The notes under the pieces were generated by a model, which saw only the letters and a list, made by a program, of their open reading frames with translations, ran no database searches and was not told the origin of the DNA. Below, piece after piece: positions 27,022 through 38,181 of a stretch of DNA of 64,000 bases (positions are counted from its first letter, which is position 1; each line of letters starts with the position of its first letter). Origin of the DNA: an uncultured virus (IMG/VR IMGVR_UViG_3300037088_000888) (lineage: Duplodnaviria > Heunggongvirae > Uroviricota > Caudoviricetes); IMG/VR virus record IMGVR_UViG_3300037088_000888, one strand, 5' to 3'. Made by a program: the position numbers and the translations under genes.

Positions 27022-29754
27022 TTACTGAACTATAACTATTATTTTTGTGCCAGAATACACTGGTTTACCGCCTGAAAATATTACATGAATTGAGGTGACA
27101 GTAGCAGTGGTAAATTGTAATTCATTCCCATAAGCCGTGCCAATACTATTTGTTGCATAAGCTCTTACATGATAAGTAGTATTTGTTGTTAATCCAGTTA
27201 TTGAACTTGTGAATGAACCTGTGCCCGTGCCATCGGATGTATTATTATTTGCTATTGTCGGATTTGCAGAGGTGTTCCAACATACTCCTCTTGAGGTCAC
27301 GCTTGCGCCTCCATCAGAGGTCAGATTACCTCCGCTAGACGCTGTAGTTTGAGTAATATTAAAAATTGCAGTAGTTGTTATTGTTGGTATAGCAGAATTA
27401 GTCAGTGTTGTAAATTGCACATCTGCCCCGTAAGCAGTACCTGCGCTGTTTGTAGCATAAGCCTTCAAATAATATGTGGTATTAGGAGCTAAAACAATGC
27501 CTGTAGTTGCCACAAATGGATTAGTAACTTCATACGGATAAGTATATACATTGGAAATTCCACCATAAGGTGCATCGGGCAAATCATCAATTGTTGATCC
27601 AATAACATTACTCCATATAATTCCAGCATAAGTTACTGTTGCCCCGCCATCATTAATTATTGTGCCTCCACTCTGAGCATTTGTATTTGTTATATTTGTA
27701 ATAACTGTAGTTGTAACTGTTGGAAAAGTAGGACTTCCTGCTGGAGTAACCGTCCCTGCCCCAACAAGAACCAATGAAGAATAAGATGGCAGTGTTATTG
27801 TTCCAGAATATGCTGTATTTGCAATATCAACCATTTCAGCAGATAAAGTATAATTGACACCTGATTTTGTTGCATTATAAATGAAGTGAATATTATTCAT
27901 ACTTGATGTTGAAACGGATGAGAATGTAGAACCTGTCTCTCCTGATCTTGAAAGCCAATAGGCATAAGTCCTGTAATTATGTCCTGCTGTTGGTTCGGAA
28001 GTATAAAAATCCTGATCCACCCCATCATCAACAGGTCTCCCGTATATATTACCGGAAGCCGTTGTAAGTCCAAATGAAGGAATATCATCAGTGTTACTAT
28101 AAGCAGCTATTAACATCTGTCCGGCACGTTGAGCAATAATCTTATTATTACTTAAACTAAGATTTCTTATTGGATTATCGGACTGATCTTCCAGATATTG
28201 AACATCCATATAGTTACTATATAGTAGATTATTTGATACTGACATGTCATGTGAATTATGCAGCTTAATACCAGACCCATGTACTGTATTCACGCATGTA
28301 TTCCCTGTGAGTGTTATCCCTGTATTTGGATAATCACAATAAATAGCTTCAGCCGTTGTCCAGAATGACGTTGCCCATGTTCCGGATATGCCTTCCATGC
28401 TGCCTTGCGTATTTATGCAGATATTATTTGATATGACTCGTCCCGTACTATTCCCATTCACATAAATACAACCAGAATCAAAAGCCCTACTGACACAATC
28501 ATCAAATAAATTTTTATCAACTACATTATAAGCACCTCCCTGTATATATGCACCAACACTGCCAATATGTCTGAAAATATTATATTGAATCAAAGCGTGT
28601 GTACCAGTGGTAATATTAGATGCCATCCCACGTGAATACCATCCACCTGTCATACTATAAATCAAACCTATATTTTCAATGATACTATTTGTTAAAGTAA
28701 GATAATTATAAGCCTGACCAAGAATTGCAGTACCATTAATATCATGAATCCAACAATTATCATAAGTTGCATAATCACCCGGAAATGTTCCACCAGCTCC
28801 TATAAATCCTATCTCACAGTTAGTAACAGAAACATAACTTGATCCTCCCAGTTGTACGGCTGATTTATTATAATATGTATGATCTCCATTATATCCTAAG
28901 AAACTTATATTATCAATAGTAATATAAGATTGTGCGCAAACTACTGCATTATCCAATGTCGCTACATTAACAATTTTTGTCGTGGGATCAACCGCACCAA
29001 AATACATATAAAAAGTAGTGCCGTCATGAAACCATTCTCCTAATTGCGGAGCAACACCATTAACTGTGCCAAGTGTCAAAAGTGAATTATCTATGAAATA
29101 TCCCCACCCAGCATAACTATTTCCTCCACACCAACTATCATCTCCACCCTGTTGAGTATAATTAATTTGGTGTGTTGGCTGACTGGTAATTGTACCATGA
29201 TTCCATCTATAACCTTCTGTTTTCAGAAATATATTTGCACCTGTCCAGTTAGGAGAAGCGGGTAAACTATTATCTGTAATATAACCCATGCCTACAGTAG
29301 TATTAGTCAACCAGTTTCCTTCTTTCGGGTATCTGCCTTTCCCTGTATTAACACCATTCACAGTAACCATGTTAGTCGGTACAGATGTGCAAGTAACTGC
29401 TTTGGAATATATACCACCTCCATTATTCGACCAACCTGATATAGTCGTGAATCCTGTTATTATCGGTTTTGCACCTGAGCCATAAGCACCAAAGGTAATA
29501 CGACTTCCTGATGTTCCAGATTGTGAAATTGTCAGAGTGCCATACCACGAGTCACCACGATTGAATAGTATATTATCTCCTGCTGCAAGTGTTACAGTAC
29601 CCGTCCACCCTGTCAGCCCCGGGCAATGCCCCCATGCAGTGCCTGTTGATGTGCCATTGGCATTATCATTACCCCCTGCTTTGACATAATATGTTGTTGC
29701 CTGAAGTGTCAGGGTGACTATCAAAAATGTTAATAAAATAAGTAGTCTTTTCAT
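27022..29754 (-). CDS. Signal-peptide protein with right-handed beta-helix (pectin-lyase-like) and two FN3-like domains
   Basis: MKRLLILL...LQA; TYYV..GND...G; FNRGD; Asn-rich helix rungs; PTVTTT.I.NIT...TTYY.KAYATNS.GTAYG twice. Confidence 0.75.
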   Translation of the reverse strand: MKRLLILLTFLIVTLTLQATTYYVKAGGNDNANGTSTGTAWGHCPGLTGWTGTVTLAAGDNILFNRGDSWYGTLTISQSGTSGSRITFGAYGSGAKPIITGFTTISGWSNNGGGIYSKAVTCTSVPTNMVTVNGVNTGKGRYPKEGNWLTNTTVGMGYITDNSLPASPNWTGANIFLKTEGYRWNHGTITSQPTHQINYTQQGGDDSWCGGNSYAGWGYFIDNSLLTLGTVNGVAPQLGEWFHDGTTFYMYFGAVDPTTKIVNVATLDNAVVCAQSYITIDNISFLGYNGDHTYYNKSAVQLGGSSYVSVTNCEIGFIGAGGTFPGDYATYDNCWIHDINGTAILGQAYNYLTLTNSIIENIGLIYSMTGGWYSRGMASNITTGTHALIQYNIFRHIGSVGAYIQGGAYNVVDKNLFDDCVSRAFDSGCIYVNGNSTGRVISNNICINTQGSMEGISGTWATSFWTTAEAIYCDYPNTGITLTGNTCVNTVHGSGIKLHNSHDMSVSNNLLYSNYMDVQYLEDQSDNPIRNLSLSNNKIIAQRAGQMLIAAYSNTDDIPSFGLTTASGNIYGRPVDDGVDQDFYTSEPTAGHNYRTYAYWLSRSGETGSTFSSVSTSSMNNIHFIYNATKSGVNYTLSAEMVDIANTAYSGTITLPSYSSLVLVGAGTVTPAGSPTFPTVTTTVITNITNTNAQSGGTIINDGGATVTYAGIIWSNVIGSTIDDLPDAPYGGISNVYTYPYEVTNPFVATTGIVLAPNTTYYLKAYATNSAGTAYGADVQFTTLTNSAIPTITTTAIFNITQTTASSGGNLTSDGGASVTSRGVCWNTSANPTIANNNTSDGTGTGSFTSSITGLTTNTTYHVRAYATNSIGTAYGNELQFTTATVTSIHVIFSGGKPVYSGTKIIVIVQ

Positions 29755-29762
29755 ACTAATTT

Positions 29763-31604
29763 TTATTGATGTTCATAACATCCCATGTCCGGCAACCCGA
29801 CTATTGGATTGCCTAAAATATCTACTTGTGGGATAGTTGCAATAACTGTTCCTGTATTCTTACAAGGTGAACCTGTCTGTAGGGTAAAATCTGATCCAGT
29901 CGTAGTAAATAATGGGTCGACATAGCCACTATGAGCATCCTGACTGCTTGCTGATTTCCATGCTGCAAAAGTAGTATAAGGTGCTCCTCCGTTGTATTGA
30001 GCATAAGCATATACAGCAGTACCTCCTGTAGATTTATATACTTGATTATAATCACTTGTCCAGAATCCAGTACTACTGATTTCCCAGTTGAAATAATAGC
30101 TATCTGAAGCTGTCGAAAAATAGAATATATTATTCTTCATTGTTATATTCGTGCCATGTACTGCAAAAAGTTGTGTAAGTATAACTGCAACCCCATTATT
30201 ATAAACAGTGTTATTATAAAAATATACATGGCCTCCAATTGTATTCGCAAACATAATCGGTGCGTAGGCTCCTCCTGAGTTACCACAGTTAACAACTAGA
30301 TTATAATAAATATTGAAAACATCACCCGTCCCAGAAGTACCAATTCCAATAGCTTGACTGGCTGTTGTGGTATTACAATCATGAACGTAATTGTATCTAC
30401 AAGTCACCGTTGTACTACCTTTTGTATGGGGATCAAGAAATATACCCTCTGCATCATGACCACTTTCATTGTTTTGAATAACATCACCATTAGAATTAAA
30501 TGTCTGATAAGCAGTTCCATCTGAATATTGTCCCGCTATAGCATAATCGTGTATAGAATAAGCAGAATAACAATTCTTAATTGTATTATAATCACTACCT
30601 ACCCCTCCTGTTCCTTCACCACCAATTTGATTACCCCATGAGATAAACGTATTACCATTATACGTACCTGTACATCTCTGTATTGTAGAATAACTATATC
30701 CGTCATAAAGACCAATTCCGGCAAGTCTGTTACGATAAACATTGCAACTATCAATGAGCGAATATCCATCCACTTCTACACCTGAGCCTTCAAGTAATAT
30801 CCCCTTACTTCCCGCCATTCTTACATCCAGATAAGAAATAGTAAGATATTTTTTTGTTGAATAAATACCATAATCCCTTGCCGATACTTCAGATGTCACC
30901 GTAGAAGGATCGGTAGCTGAACAAACATAGACACTATCAGGAGTACCTACCTTGATGAAATATTTACCTGAACTCAATGCCGCCACCGAAGTAGTCTGCG
31001 TGAAAAGTATCCCATTAATAACTACCATACACCTTGCAGGAGTAACATTAGGACAGACTATTCCCCAGATATTTGAATATTGATGATATTTATGACCCCA
31101 TCCTGTCTTAATATCGGCGGCGTTAATCTTGGGCTTTGCCCCTGTTCCGTAAGCTGTAAAGGTAATCGGATTCGTTGCTGAACCATTTTGTGTTATAGTA
31201 AGTTGTTCTCTCCACTGATCCCCACGATTAAAATAAACTTTTGATCCGGGAACTAATGATGCCATTGCACTATTTATTTTTGCTATTGTCTGCCAAGGTG
31301 TTGCAGGTGTTAACCCATCTGCCCCATCCGAACCTGCATTAGCTATGTAATATGTAGGATAAGAGGGTGATGAAGCTGCTTGTAATGATATAATAGATGT
31401 CCTAAGTGCTGCTATGCTATCTTGCAAAGTATTTAACTGTGTCTGCACATAACCAGAAGGTGTCCTAATATCCTTTGCAACATAAACACTATCTCCAAAA
31501 TACTGCTTTACCTTATATGGTTGCCATCCCGGAAATGTCCAAGCCTGACTGAATAGCGAAGAAGTGAAAACTAAAAAACAAAATAACATTAATATTTTTT
31601 TCAT
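29763..31604 (-). CDS. Signal-peptide protein with right-handed beta-helix and choice-of-anchor-Q-like C-terminus
   Basis: MKKILMLFCFLVF...SQ; YYIANAGSD...PWQTI; FNRGD; FYNNTVY; DFTLQTGSPC...PDMGCYE. Confidence 0.75.
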   Translation of the reverse strand: MKKILMLFCFLVFTSSLFSQAWTFPGWQPYKVKQYFGDSVYVAKDIRTPSGYVQTQLNTLQDSIAALRTSIISLQAASSPSYPTYYIANAGSDGADGLTPATPWQTIAKINSAMASLVPGSKVYFNRGDQWREQLTITQNGSATNPITFTAYGTGAKPKINAADIKTGWGHKYHQYSNIWGIVCPNVTPARCMVVINGILFTQTTSVAALSSGKYFIKVGTPDSVYVCSATDPSTVTSEVSARDYGIYSTKKYLTISYLDVRMAGSKGILLEGSGVEVDGYSLIDSCNVYRNRLAGIGLYDGYSYSTIQRCTGTYNGNTFISWGNQIGGEGTGGVGSDYNTIKNCYSAYSIHDYAIAGQYSDGTAYQTFNSNGDVIQNNESGHDAEGIFLDPHTKGSTTVTCRYNYVHDCNTTTASQAIGIGTSGTGDVFNIYYNLVVNCGNSGGAYAPIMFANTIGGHVYFYNNTVYNNGVAVILTQLFAVHGTNITMKNNIFYFSTASDSYYFNWEISSTGFWTSDYNQVYKSTGGTAVYAYAQYNGGAPYTTFAAWKSASSQDAHSGYVDPLFTTTGSDFTLQTGSPCKNTGTVIATIPQVDILGNPIVGLPDMGCYEHQ

Positions 31605-31615
31605 GACTATATATT

Positions 31616-32674
31616 TTAAAATGGATAACTTGTTCCTGTATTTTCTTTAACATATACTGAATCAACCCCTGAAGCGGACAAAGCCCTTCTCCATATCCCC
31701 AATTCGTCCAAAGTTCCTACTAACCCATAATTGTCACTAGCATCATCATTGGCAATAATAGCCTGAGCAGTTGAGACTTTCAGTGTGCCGGAAAATGTAC
31801 CGGGTGAAGTTGAAACATCAACATCATTGATATAAAGTTTAAGTGCCTGACCATTACCGGGACAAACAGCGACTATGTGGTACCATTGACTGAGCCCTGT
31901 TATTGCTGCACTATTAACCTGATAAGTCACGTCTGATGTGTTATCAAATATCGCATAGATTTTATTATCATCTTTATTCCATAGAACTCTTGATGTTTCG
32001 CTTGTCCCTGCAATTTCATGAGTGAATAGCCATTCATTTCTTGTAACAGTGGATGGTAATGAAGTTGGATAAAACCAAAAAGAAATAGTCTCTTTATCTG
32101 TTATTGCAGAAAATGCTGCATAGGGTACTGTGGCATAGCCTGTATTATTATATGTGACTGCTTTGCCAATTTTTCCTGTCTGATTGACTGTACCTGCTCC
32201 AAGGGTAGCATTATGTGCTCCTGCCGTAGCATCTGCCAGATTTGTTCCTGATGTTTCATCAAACTTCCAATAGCCAACCAATTCATTTAAAAGAGTAGAG
32301 GGTGATGCTGAAGCTGCCGTACTATCAATAATAGCTACACGATGCCAATAACCACCAGAGAGATAATGTAGTTTATTATCAACAGAATTTATGTAAGCAT
32401 TACCTGTTGCAGGATCAGACGAAAGTACAGGTATTAAATTCGAAGAAGAATTATTATCATAAGCTCTATCATTAAAAGGAATATAATACATAAGAGTGTC
32501 TGAACCTTTATATGAAATAGCTGTATGTGTTCCAGATAATGCAATAGAATCGGTTTTTAAAATAGTATGACTTGTTTTCTTACCAATCTCTATTCCATTT
32601 GGTGCAATAAGTTGTCCATAACTTATTGTTGTAAACATTATTAAAACCAAAAACGCAATTAATTTTTTTTTCAT
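31616..32674 (-). CDS. Signal-peptide protein with LamG/concanavalin-A-like domain
   Basis: MKKKLIAFLVLIMF...YGQ; LVGYWKFDE, TISFW, WYHIV, LYIND, LDELGIWRRALS. Confidence 0.8.
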   Translation of the reverse strand: MKKKLIAFLVLIMFTTISYGQLIAPNGIEIGKKTSHTILKTDSIALSGTHTAISYKGSDTLMYYIPFNDRAYDNNSSSNLIPVLSSDPATGNAYINSVDNKLHYLSGGYWHRVAIIDSTAASASPSTLLNELVGYWKFDETSGTNLADATAGAHNATLGAGTVNQTGKIGKAVTYNNTGYATVPYAAFSAITDKETISFWFYPTSLPSTVTRNEWLFTHEIAGTSETSRVLWNKDDNKIYAIFDNTSDVTYQVNSAAITGLSQWYHIVAVCPGNGQALKLYINDVDVSTSPGTFSGTLKVSTAQAIIANDDASDNYGLVGTLDELGIWRRALSASGVDSVYVKENTGTSYPF

Positions 32675-32838
32675 TTTATTATAAGTTTATTTAAAATTTT
32701 TATTCTAGTGTTTTATATTCATACAAAAAATTTTTATAAAAGGTTACAAAAAATCTCAATTATTTTTAATTAATTTCATGCAAATATATAAAAAGAAATT
32801 GAATAAACAAATAAATTTTTATTTTTTTATTTATAATA

Positions 32839-35800
32839 TTATCCTAACACATATAATTTTGTTGTCCATACCGTTGCTATTCTTTTTTGAATAATGAAGT
32901 CTGTTCCTCCACTTATTGCAAATCTCCAACTGCCATCAGTGTCTTTATTGCCTAAATATAAATAATTACAAGTACCATTTACAATTTCAGTAGTACCACT
33001 TATTACTAATCTTTTAGTATCAAATTCACCATAAATTAATGGATTAACAGTACCTGAATTTGCAATATAAAGTCTACATCCATCGGTTTCGTTATAACCA
33101 GCACAATTACCTATATATATACTTGTACTACCAGTAACTTGTGAATACCCTGCTTGATAACCTATTGCAACATTATATGAACCATGAGTATTGCAATAAA
33201 GTGCATAATGACCATTAACAACATTAGCATTACCACAAGTATTATTCAGAAGTGCAGCAGTACCGTTTGCAATATTAGCATTACCACAAGTATTATTATA
33301 AAGTGCTTGAACACCATTTGCAATATTAGCATTACCACAAGTATTATTATAAAGTGCTTGAACACCATTTGCTATATTATCACAACCACAAATATTATTA
33401 TAAAGTGCTTGAACACCATTTGCTATATTATCATTACCACCAGTATTAAAATAAAGTGCTTGAACACCATTTGCTATATTATCACAACCAATTATATTAC
33501 AATAAAGTGTTTGAGAACCAATTGCAATATTATTAGTACCACCAGTATTAAAATAAAGTGCCTGATATCCCACAGCAACATTATCACAACCACAAATATT
33601 ACCGCATAATGCTTGATGACCTATTGCAATAAGGCAATAACCACAAGTATTATTAAAAAGTGCATTAGAACCTATTCCAATATTATTACAAGACTCTCCA
33701 TTACATCGAAGTGTATTAAAACCTATTGCAATATTATTAGAACCAATTATATTATACAAAAGTGCTTGAAAACCATTTGCAACATTGCCAACACCACTAA
33801 TATTAAATTCAAGTGCACTATTACCAATTGCAACATTACAACCACCACAACAATTAGCTTCAAGTGCACCAGTACCTATTGCAACATTATATGAACCACA
33901 ACTATTACAAGAAAGTGCATCAGGACCAATTGCAATATTACAACTACCACAAATATTACCTTGAAGTGCATTAGTACCAATTGCAATATTACTATAACCA
34001 CAAATATTACTTTGAAGTGCTTTATAACCATTTGCAACATTGCCAAGACCACTAATATTACTTTGAAGTGCTTGAAAACCAATTGCAACATTGCCAAAAC
34101 CACAAGTATTACTGTAAAGTGCTTGAAAACCAATACCAGTATTATCACAACCAGCAATATTAATATTCTTACCTGCACAAACACCAATAAATGTATTACA
34201 TAAAGATGTGTTGCCACTTGCAACTGTTCCACAACCAACAACAGTTGAACCATTAGTTAAATTTGACCAACCAATACCACAAATATTAATTACATTTGCA
34301 GTACTGCTCATTGAAATACCACTTCCACCACTTAATGACTTAAATTTTAAGTTATTATTAGCAACTGTTGAATAAACAACACATCCACTACCTAAACTTG
34401 TAGCACCAGTAATTGCTAATGCTTTTGTAGCATAACAAGCAGCAAGTGAACCACCTAAACATAATGCATTTCCTGCAGTTGTTGCACATATTGCTGTACT
34501 ACCAGTATTAAGATAATAAGCAGGTAATTTATTACCCAATTTTGCACTATCAACTGCACAAGCAGTAGCACCTAAAAAACATGATGGTGTGCAAGCTACT
34601 AATGTTGATGCATTACCAGCGCAAGTTGCACATAATGCAGTACTGCCAGTATTAAGATAATATGCTGGTAATCTATTATTTAATTTTGCTGAATCATTTG
34701 CACAAGTAATTGTAGTACCTGTATTAAGGTAATATGCAGGTAATTTACCACCTAAACATAATGAATTTTTAGCTGTACCACCAGATAAAAGATAACCTGC
34801 AGCTAATACTCCATTTAAACAACAAGAATCATTACTTTTTAGTGAAACTGCAGTGCCAGTTAAACCTGCACCACTACCAACAAAACAAGTAGTTGCACAA
34901 ACAATAGGTGCGCAAATACAAGTTGTAAAATTAGGACTTGCTATTGGTGCATAATAACTTGCTAATTGTCCGTTTAAACAAGTACTATTTTTTGCAGTAC
35001 CACCACTAAGTAAAAACGATGCTGGAACACAACCACAAAGGTTTTTAGCACCTATTGCACAAGTTGCACATATTGCAGTACTACCAGTATTGAGATAATA
35101 TGCAGGTAAATGACCACCTAAACATTTCGAATCACAAGCACATGCGGTTACTCCCAAGAAACATGAAGGAGTACAACCAGCCACGGTACTTGCATTGCCA
35201 GCACAGGTTGAACATACAGCAGTACCACCACTAAGTAAAAATGATGTAGGTACACAGCCACAAAGATTTTTTGCTCCAACAGCACAAGTCGCACAACCAA
35301 CAGTTAAACTGGCTGCAGTGCCTGTTAAACCAGCACCTGAACCAGCAAAACAAGTAGTTGCGCAATGTATTCCACCACATACAGCAGTTAAACCACAAAC
35401 AGTTCCACCAGAAATTAATGGGCTTCTCACACATGAAGATGCGCACATAATTGTACCTGTAACACAAGTACCTGCAAGAATACACGTATTGCTACAAACA
35501 ATAAAACCACATACACAACTAGAACCTAATATAATAGGACTGCAAACACATGATGTACCAATTGTAATTGAAGAACATAAGCAAGTGCTTGCACATATAT
35601 TGCCAGTTACACCCAATTTTGTGCCATCAAATGTCATATTAACATTTGAATAAATTTTTGATGCGGACAAATAAGTGCCAACACCATTAACAGTTGAACC
35701 ACTCCATAGAATTCCACCAGCAACAGGAGTACACCAAATACCACAACCAGTAGCATTTGACGTGAAAACACATCCTGCTCCAGCACCTGTTGTTAATTGA

Positions 35801-36939
35801 ATAACTGGTGATTCAACACAACTTGAACCACTTATTATTGTTCCTTTAACTACACCTGTTGAACACATTACGGGAGTACATATACATGTTGTAAAATTAG
35901 GTGAAGCAAGTGATGCATAAGTATTAGCTAAATTACCGCCTAAACATAATGAATTTTTAGCTGTACCACCACTAAGAAGAAAACTTGCAGGTACACAACC
36001 ACATAATGCTTTTGAATTAATTGCTGTTGTTGCACATATTGCTGTACTACCTGTATTAAGATAATATGCAGGTAAATGACTACCTAATTTCGATGAATTT
36101 ACTGCTGTACCACCAGACAATAAAAATGAATTTGGTGTACAACCGACTAATGTTGAAGCGTTACCTGCACAAGTAGCACATAAAGCTGTTGAACCAGTAT
36201 TAAGATAATATGCAGGTAATTTATTATTCAATTTAGCACTATCACAAGCACAAATAATAGTAGTGCCAGTATTAAGATAATAAGCTGGTAATTTATTACC
36301 TAATTTAGCACTGTCTACTGCACAAGAATTTGCACCTAAAAAACAACTTGGTATACAACCACATAATGCTTTAGAATTAACACTTGTTGCTCCAGTTGCA
36401 AGATATTTATTTGCAAGACAAACACCATTTTCAATAAATTTAACGCTTGTTGTATTACCACTAACAATTAAATCATCATCAATTATACTTATTCCATTAA
36501 TAGTATTTGTAATATATGAACCATCGCTCCATTGTATTGAACTACCTGTTATTAATAGTATATTGCCATTTGTTAAATTTAAATTACCATTAGTTAAATT
36601 TAAATTATGTGTTGCTAAATTAATTGTAGTATCTCCAGTTAATGTACCACCTAATTTAACAACATTACCAACCTTTGTTAAACCATTAATTGCTATAGTA
36701 AGTCCGGTATTTGCAATACCACTATCTTTAACAACTAAAGCAGTATCAGTAACACCTGTTTTATACCAATATTCTATTTTATTTACATTAACTGTTAAAC
36801 CAACATATCTTTGTGACAATACTATTGCCGTATTAACAGCAGTAACACCAGTATATGGTTGATTTAAAGAATTTAAATATTTAGAATCAATCGGATTACC
36901 AACATTAATTTTTAAGTTATCGTTTAAAACTATTGCCAT
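32839..36939 (-). CDS. Cys-rich tail fibre/adhesin with trimeric stalk repeats and YadA-head-like 14-aa repeats
   Basis: Seven LPAYYLNTG units; long N(I/V)A(I/N)G.QAL.NN.CG run; C-terminal DGSWRF. Confidence 0.7.
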   Translation of the reverse strand: MAIVLNDNLKINVGNPIDSKYLNSLNQPYTGVTAVNTAIVLSQRYVGLTVNVNKIEYWYKTGVTDTALVVKDSGIANTGLTIAINGLTKVGNVVKLGGTLTGDTTINLATHNLNLTNGNLNLTNGNILLITGSSIQWSDGSYITNTINGISIIDDDLIVSGNTTSVKFIENGVCLANKYLATGATSVNSKALCGCIPSCFLGANSCAVDSAKLGNKLPAYYLNTGTTIICACDSAKLNNKLPAYYLNTGSTALCATCAGNASTLVGCTPNSFLLSGGTAVNSSKLGSHLPAYYLNTGSTAICATTAINSKALCGCVPASFLLSGGTAKNSLCLGGNLANTYASLASPNFTTCICTPVMCSTGVVKGTIISGSSCVESPVIQLTTGAGAGCVFTSNATGCGIWCTPVAGGILWSGSTVNGVGTYLSASKIYSNVNMTFDGTKLGVTGNICASTCLCSSITIGTSCVCSPIILGSSCVCGFIVCSNTCILAGTCVTGTIMCASSCVRSPLISGGTVCGLTAVCGGIHCATTCFAGSGAGLTGTAASLTVGCATCAVGAKNLCGCVPTSFLLSGGTAVCSTCAGNASTVAGCTPSCFLGVTACACDSKCLGGHLPAYYLNTGSTAICATCAIGAKNLCGCVPASFLLSGGTAKNSTCLNGQLASYYAPIASPNFTTCICAPIVCATTCFVGSGAGLTGTAVSLKSNDSCCLNGVLAAGYLLSGGTAKNSLCLGGKLPAYYLNTGTTITCANDSAKLNNRLPAYYLNTGSTALCATCAGNASTLVACTPSCFLGATACAVDSAKLGNKLPAYYLNTGSTAICATTAGNALCLGGSLAACYATKALAITGATSLGSGCVVYSTVANNNLKFKSLSGGSGISMSSTANVINICGIGWSNLTNGSTVVGCGTVASGNTSLCNTFIGVCAGKNINIAGCDNTGIGFQALYSNTCGFGNVAIGFQALQSNISGLGNVANGYKALQSNICGYSNIAIGTNALQGNICGSCNIAIGPDALSCNSCGSYNVAIGTGALEANCCGGCNVAIGNSALEFNISGVGNVANGFQALLYNIIGSNNIAIGFNTLRCNGESCNNIGIGSNALFNNTCGYCLIAIGHQALCGNICGCDNVAVGYQALYFNTGGTNNIAIGSQTLYCNIIGCDNIANGVQALYFNTGGNDNIANGVQALYNNICGCDNIANGVQALYNNTCGNANIANGVQALYNNTCGNANIANGTAALLNNTCGNANVVNGHYALYCNTHGSYNVAIGYQAGYSQVTGSTSIYIGNCAGYNETDGCRLYIANSGTVNPLIYGEFDTKRLVISGTTEIVNGTCNYLYLGNKDTDGSWRFAISGGTDFIIQKRIATVWTTKLYVLG
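33240..33560. repeat. 42-bp coding tandem repeat (NIANGVQALYNNTCG) inside the fibre gene; boundaries approximate
   Basis: Recurring aaagtgcttgaacaccatttgc at 42-nt spacing. Confidence 0.8.
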
Positions 36940-36950
36940 TTTCTATATTT

Positions 36951-36990
36951 TGTTTTTATAAATATCTTTTTGTTTTTATAAATATCTTTT
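36951..36990. repeat. Exact 20-bp tandem duplication containing the TATAAATA motif
   Basis: tgtttttataaatatctttt twice, between the fibre gene and its upstream partner. Confidence 0.85.
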
Positions 36991-36998
36991 AATTTTTA

Positions 36999-37988
36999 TT
37001 ATGTTAATGACATTGATGATGTTGCACATGTTTGTTTATTACTAATATAAACACAATAATTACAACCACTCCAACAAGCAGTAGTAACACTAATTGAATT
37101 AGGAGCAGGGAAAAGATTACATGCAGGACTTACTCCGCCACCAATTGCACCATTATTAATACCATTTACACACCAACAAGTCTTAGCAGCAACGGTTGCA
37201 GGAATTGCAAACCATAAATAATCATTAACACCACTATTAAAATTAATACTTATTGCTTCACTGCTTGCAAGTATTTTAGTTCCACCAATTACCATAGCGC
37301 AAGTTGCTGTTGGACGACCAGCACCAGCAGCACCCGGGCATGTGCACACACCCCAATAATAAGGTAACAATCCTGTTATTGTATAACTACTTGAACCTAT
37401 TTGAGCACCACATGTATTTGTAGCACAGCCACACCAAACTTGAGTATTACCACAAGAAGCAAATGTTTTTGCATTAATAGTTGCAGATTGAGGTGATGAT
37501 ATTGGACAAGCAGTTGCAATATTACTGCCTATACTAACGTCTCTGATAGATAAAGTATTTGCACAAACATTACCTGCATTAGCAAAACCAAAACTAAATG
37601 ATTTTGAACCACTTATTGTAGTACCAACTTCAAGAGGAGTACTAACATTATTACAAAAACTACTGAAAGAAGGTAATAAATACATTACTAAAATTTCTTT
37701 AAGTATTTCATTTGAAGTTTTACCTGTTAATACAGTTCCAGATGTCAACCCGCCAACAGTGACTGTAGATGGTGATACTAAATTATATATAGTACTTCCT
37801 GTAGTTACAACACTATCATCAACGTATTTTTTATCAATAATTTGAGTATCTTCACTAAATGTTGGATGTGTTACATATTTTAAATCACCGACAGTTGCTA
37901 TTTTTGTATGTCCTGATAATGTTAGTGTTTGACCAGTTGTTTGATATGCTTTACTATCACTTAAAATTATCTTTGTATTAGAACCCAT
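36999..37988 (-). CDS. Fibre-associated structural protein (paralog of 42274..43395)
   Basis: Shares LSG.T.I, GG...GT.LTG, DDYL.FAIP and NNGAIGG.VS...NLFP with 42274..43395. Confidence 0.65.
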   Translation of the reverse strand: MGSNTKIILSDSKAYQTTGQTLTLSGHTKIATVGDLKYVTHPTFSEDTQIIDKKYVDDSVVTTGSTIYNLVSPSTVTVGGLTSGTVLTGKTSNEILKEILVMYLLPSFSSFCNNVSTPLEVGTTISGSKSFSFGFANAGNVCANTLSIRDVSIGSNIATACPISSPQSATINAKTFASCGNTQVWCGCATNTCGAQIGSSSYTITGLLPYYWGVCTCPGAAGAGRPTATCAMVIGGTKILASSEAISINFNSGVNDYLWFAIPATVAAKTCWCVNGINNGAIGGGVSPACNLFPAPNSISVTTACWSGCNYCVYISNKQTCATSSMSLT

Positions 37989-38181
37989 ATTTTTTATATT
38001 TAAATCATCTATCTATAAATAGTTTTAATTAGTTATTTATAAATAGTTTTTATTAATTAATAATTACCATTACAGCTTTAAAATATTAATATAAATATAA
38101 TTGAACCATTATTTTCACATTAATTAATCTTAATGTCTATAAATACTTTTAAAACAATAATTGACAAATGACAACCAAAAC

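Noticed and set aside
33240..33560. 42-bp periodic repeats resembling a CRISPR array
   Set aside because: In-frame coding repeats without unique spacers; no cas genes in the window
33184..35653. Plus-strand and alternate-frame ORFs with repetitive translations (e.g. 33184..33609, 33876..34253, 35195..35653)
   Set aside because: Shadows of the periodic fibre repeats; no independent promoter context or motifs
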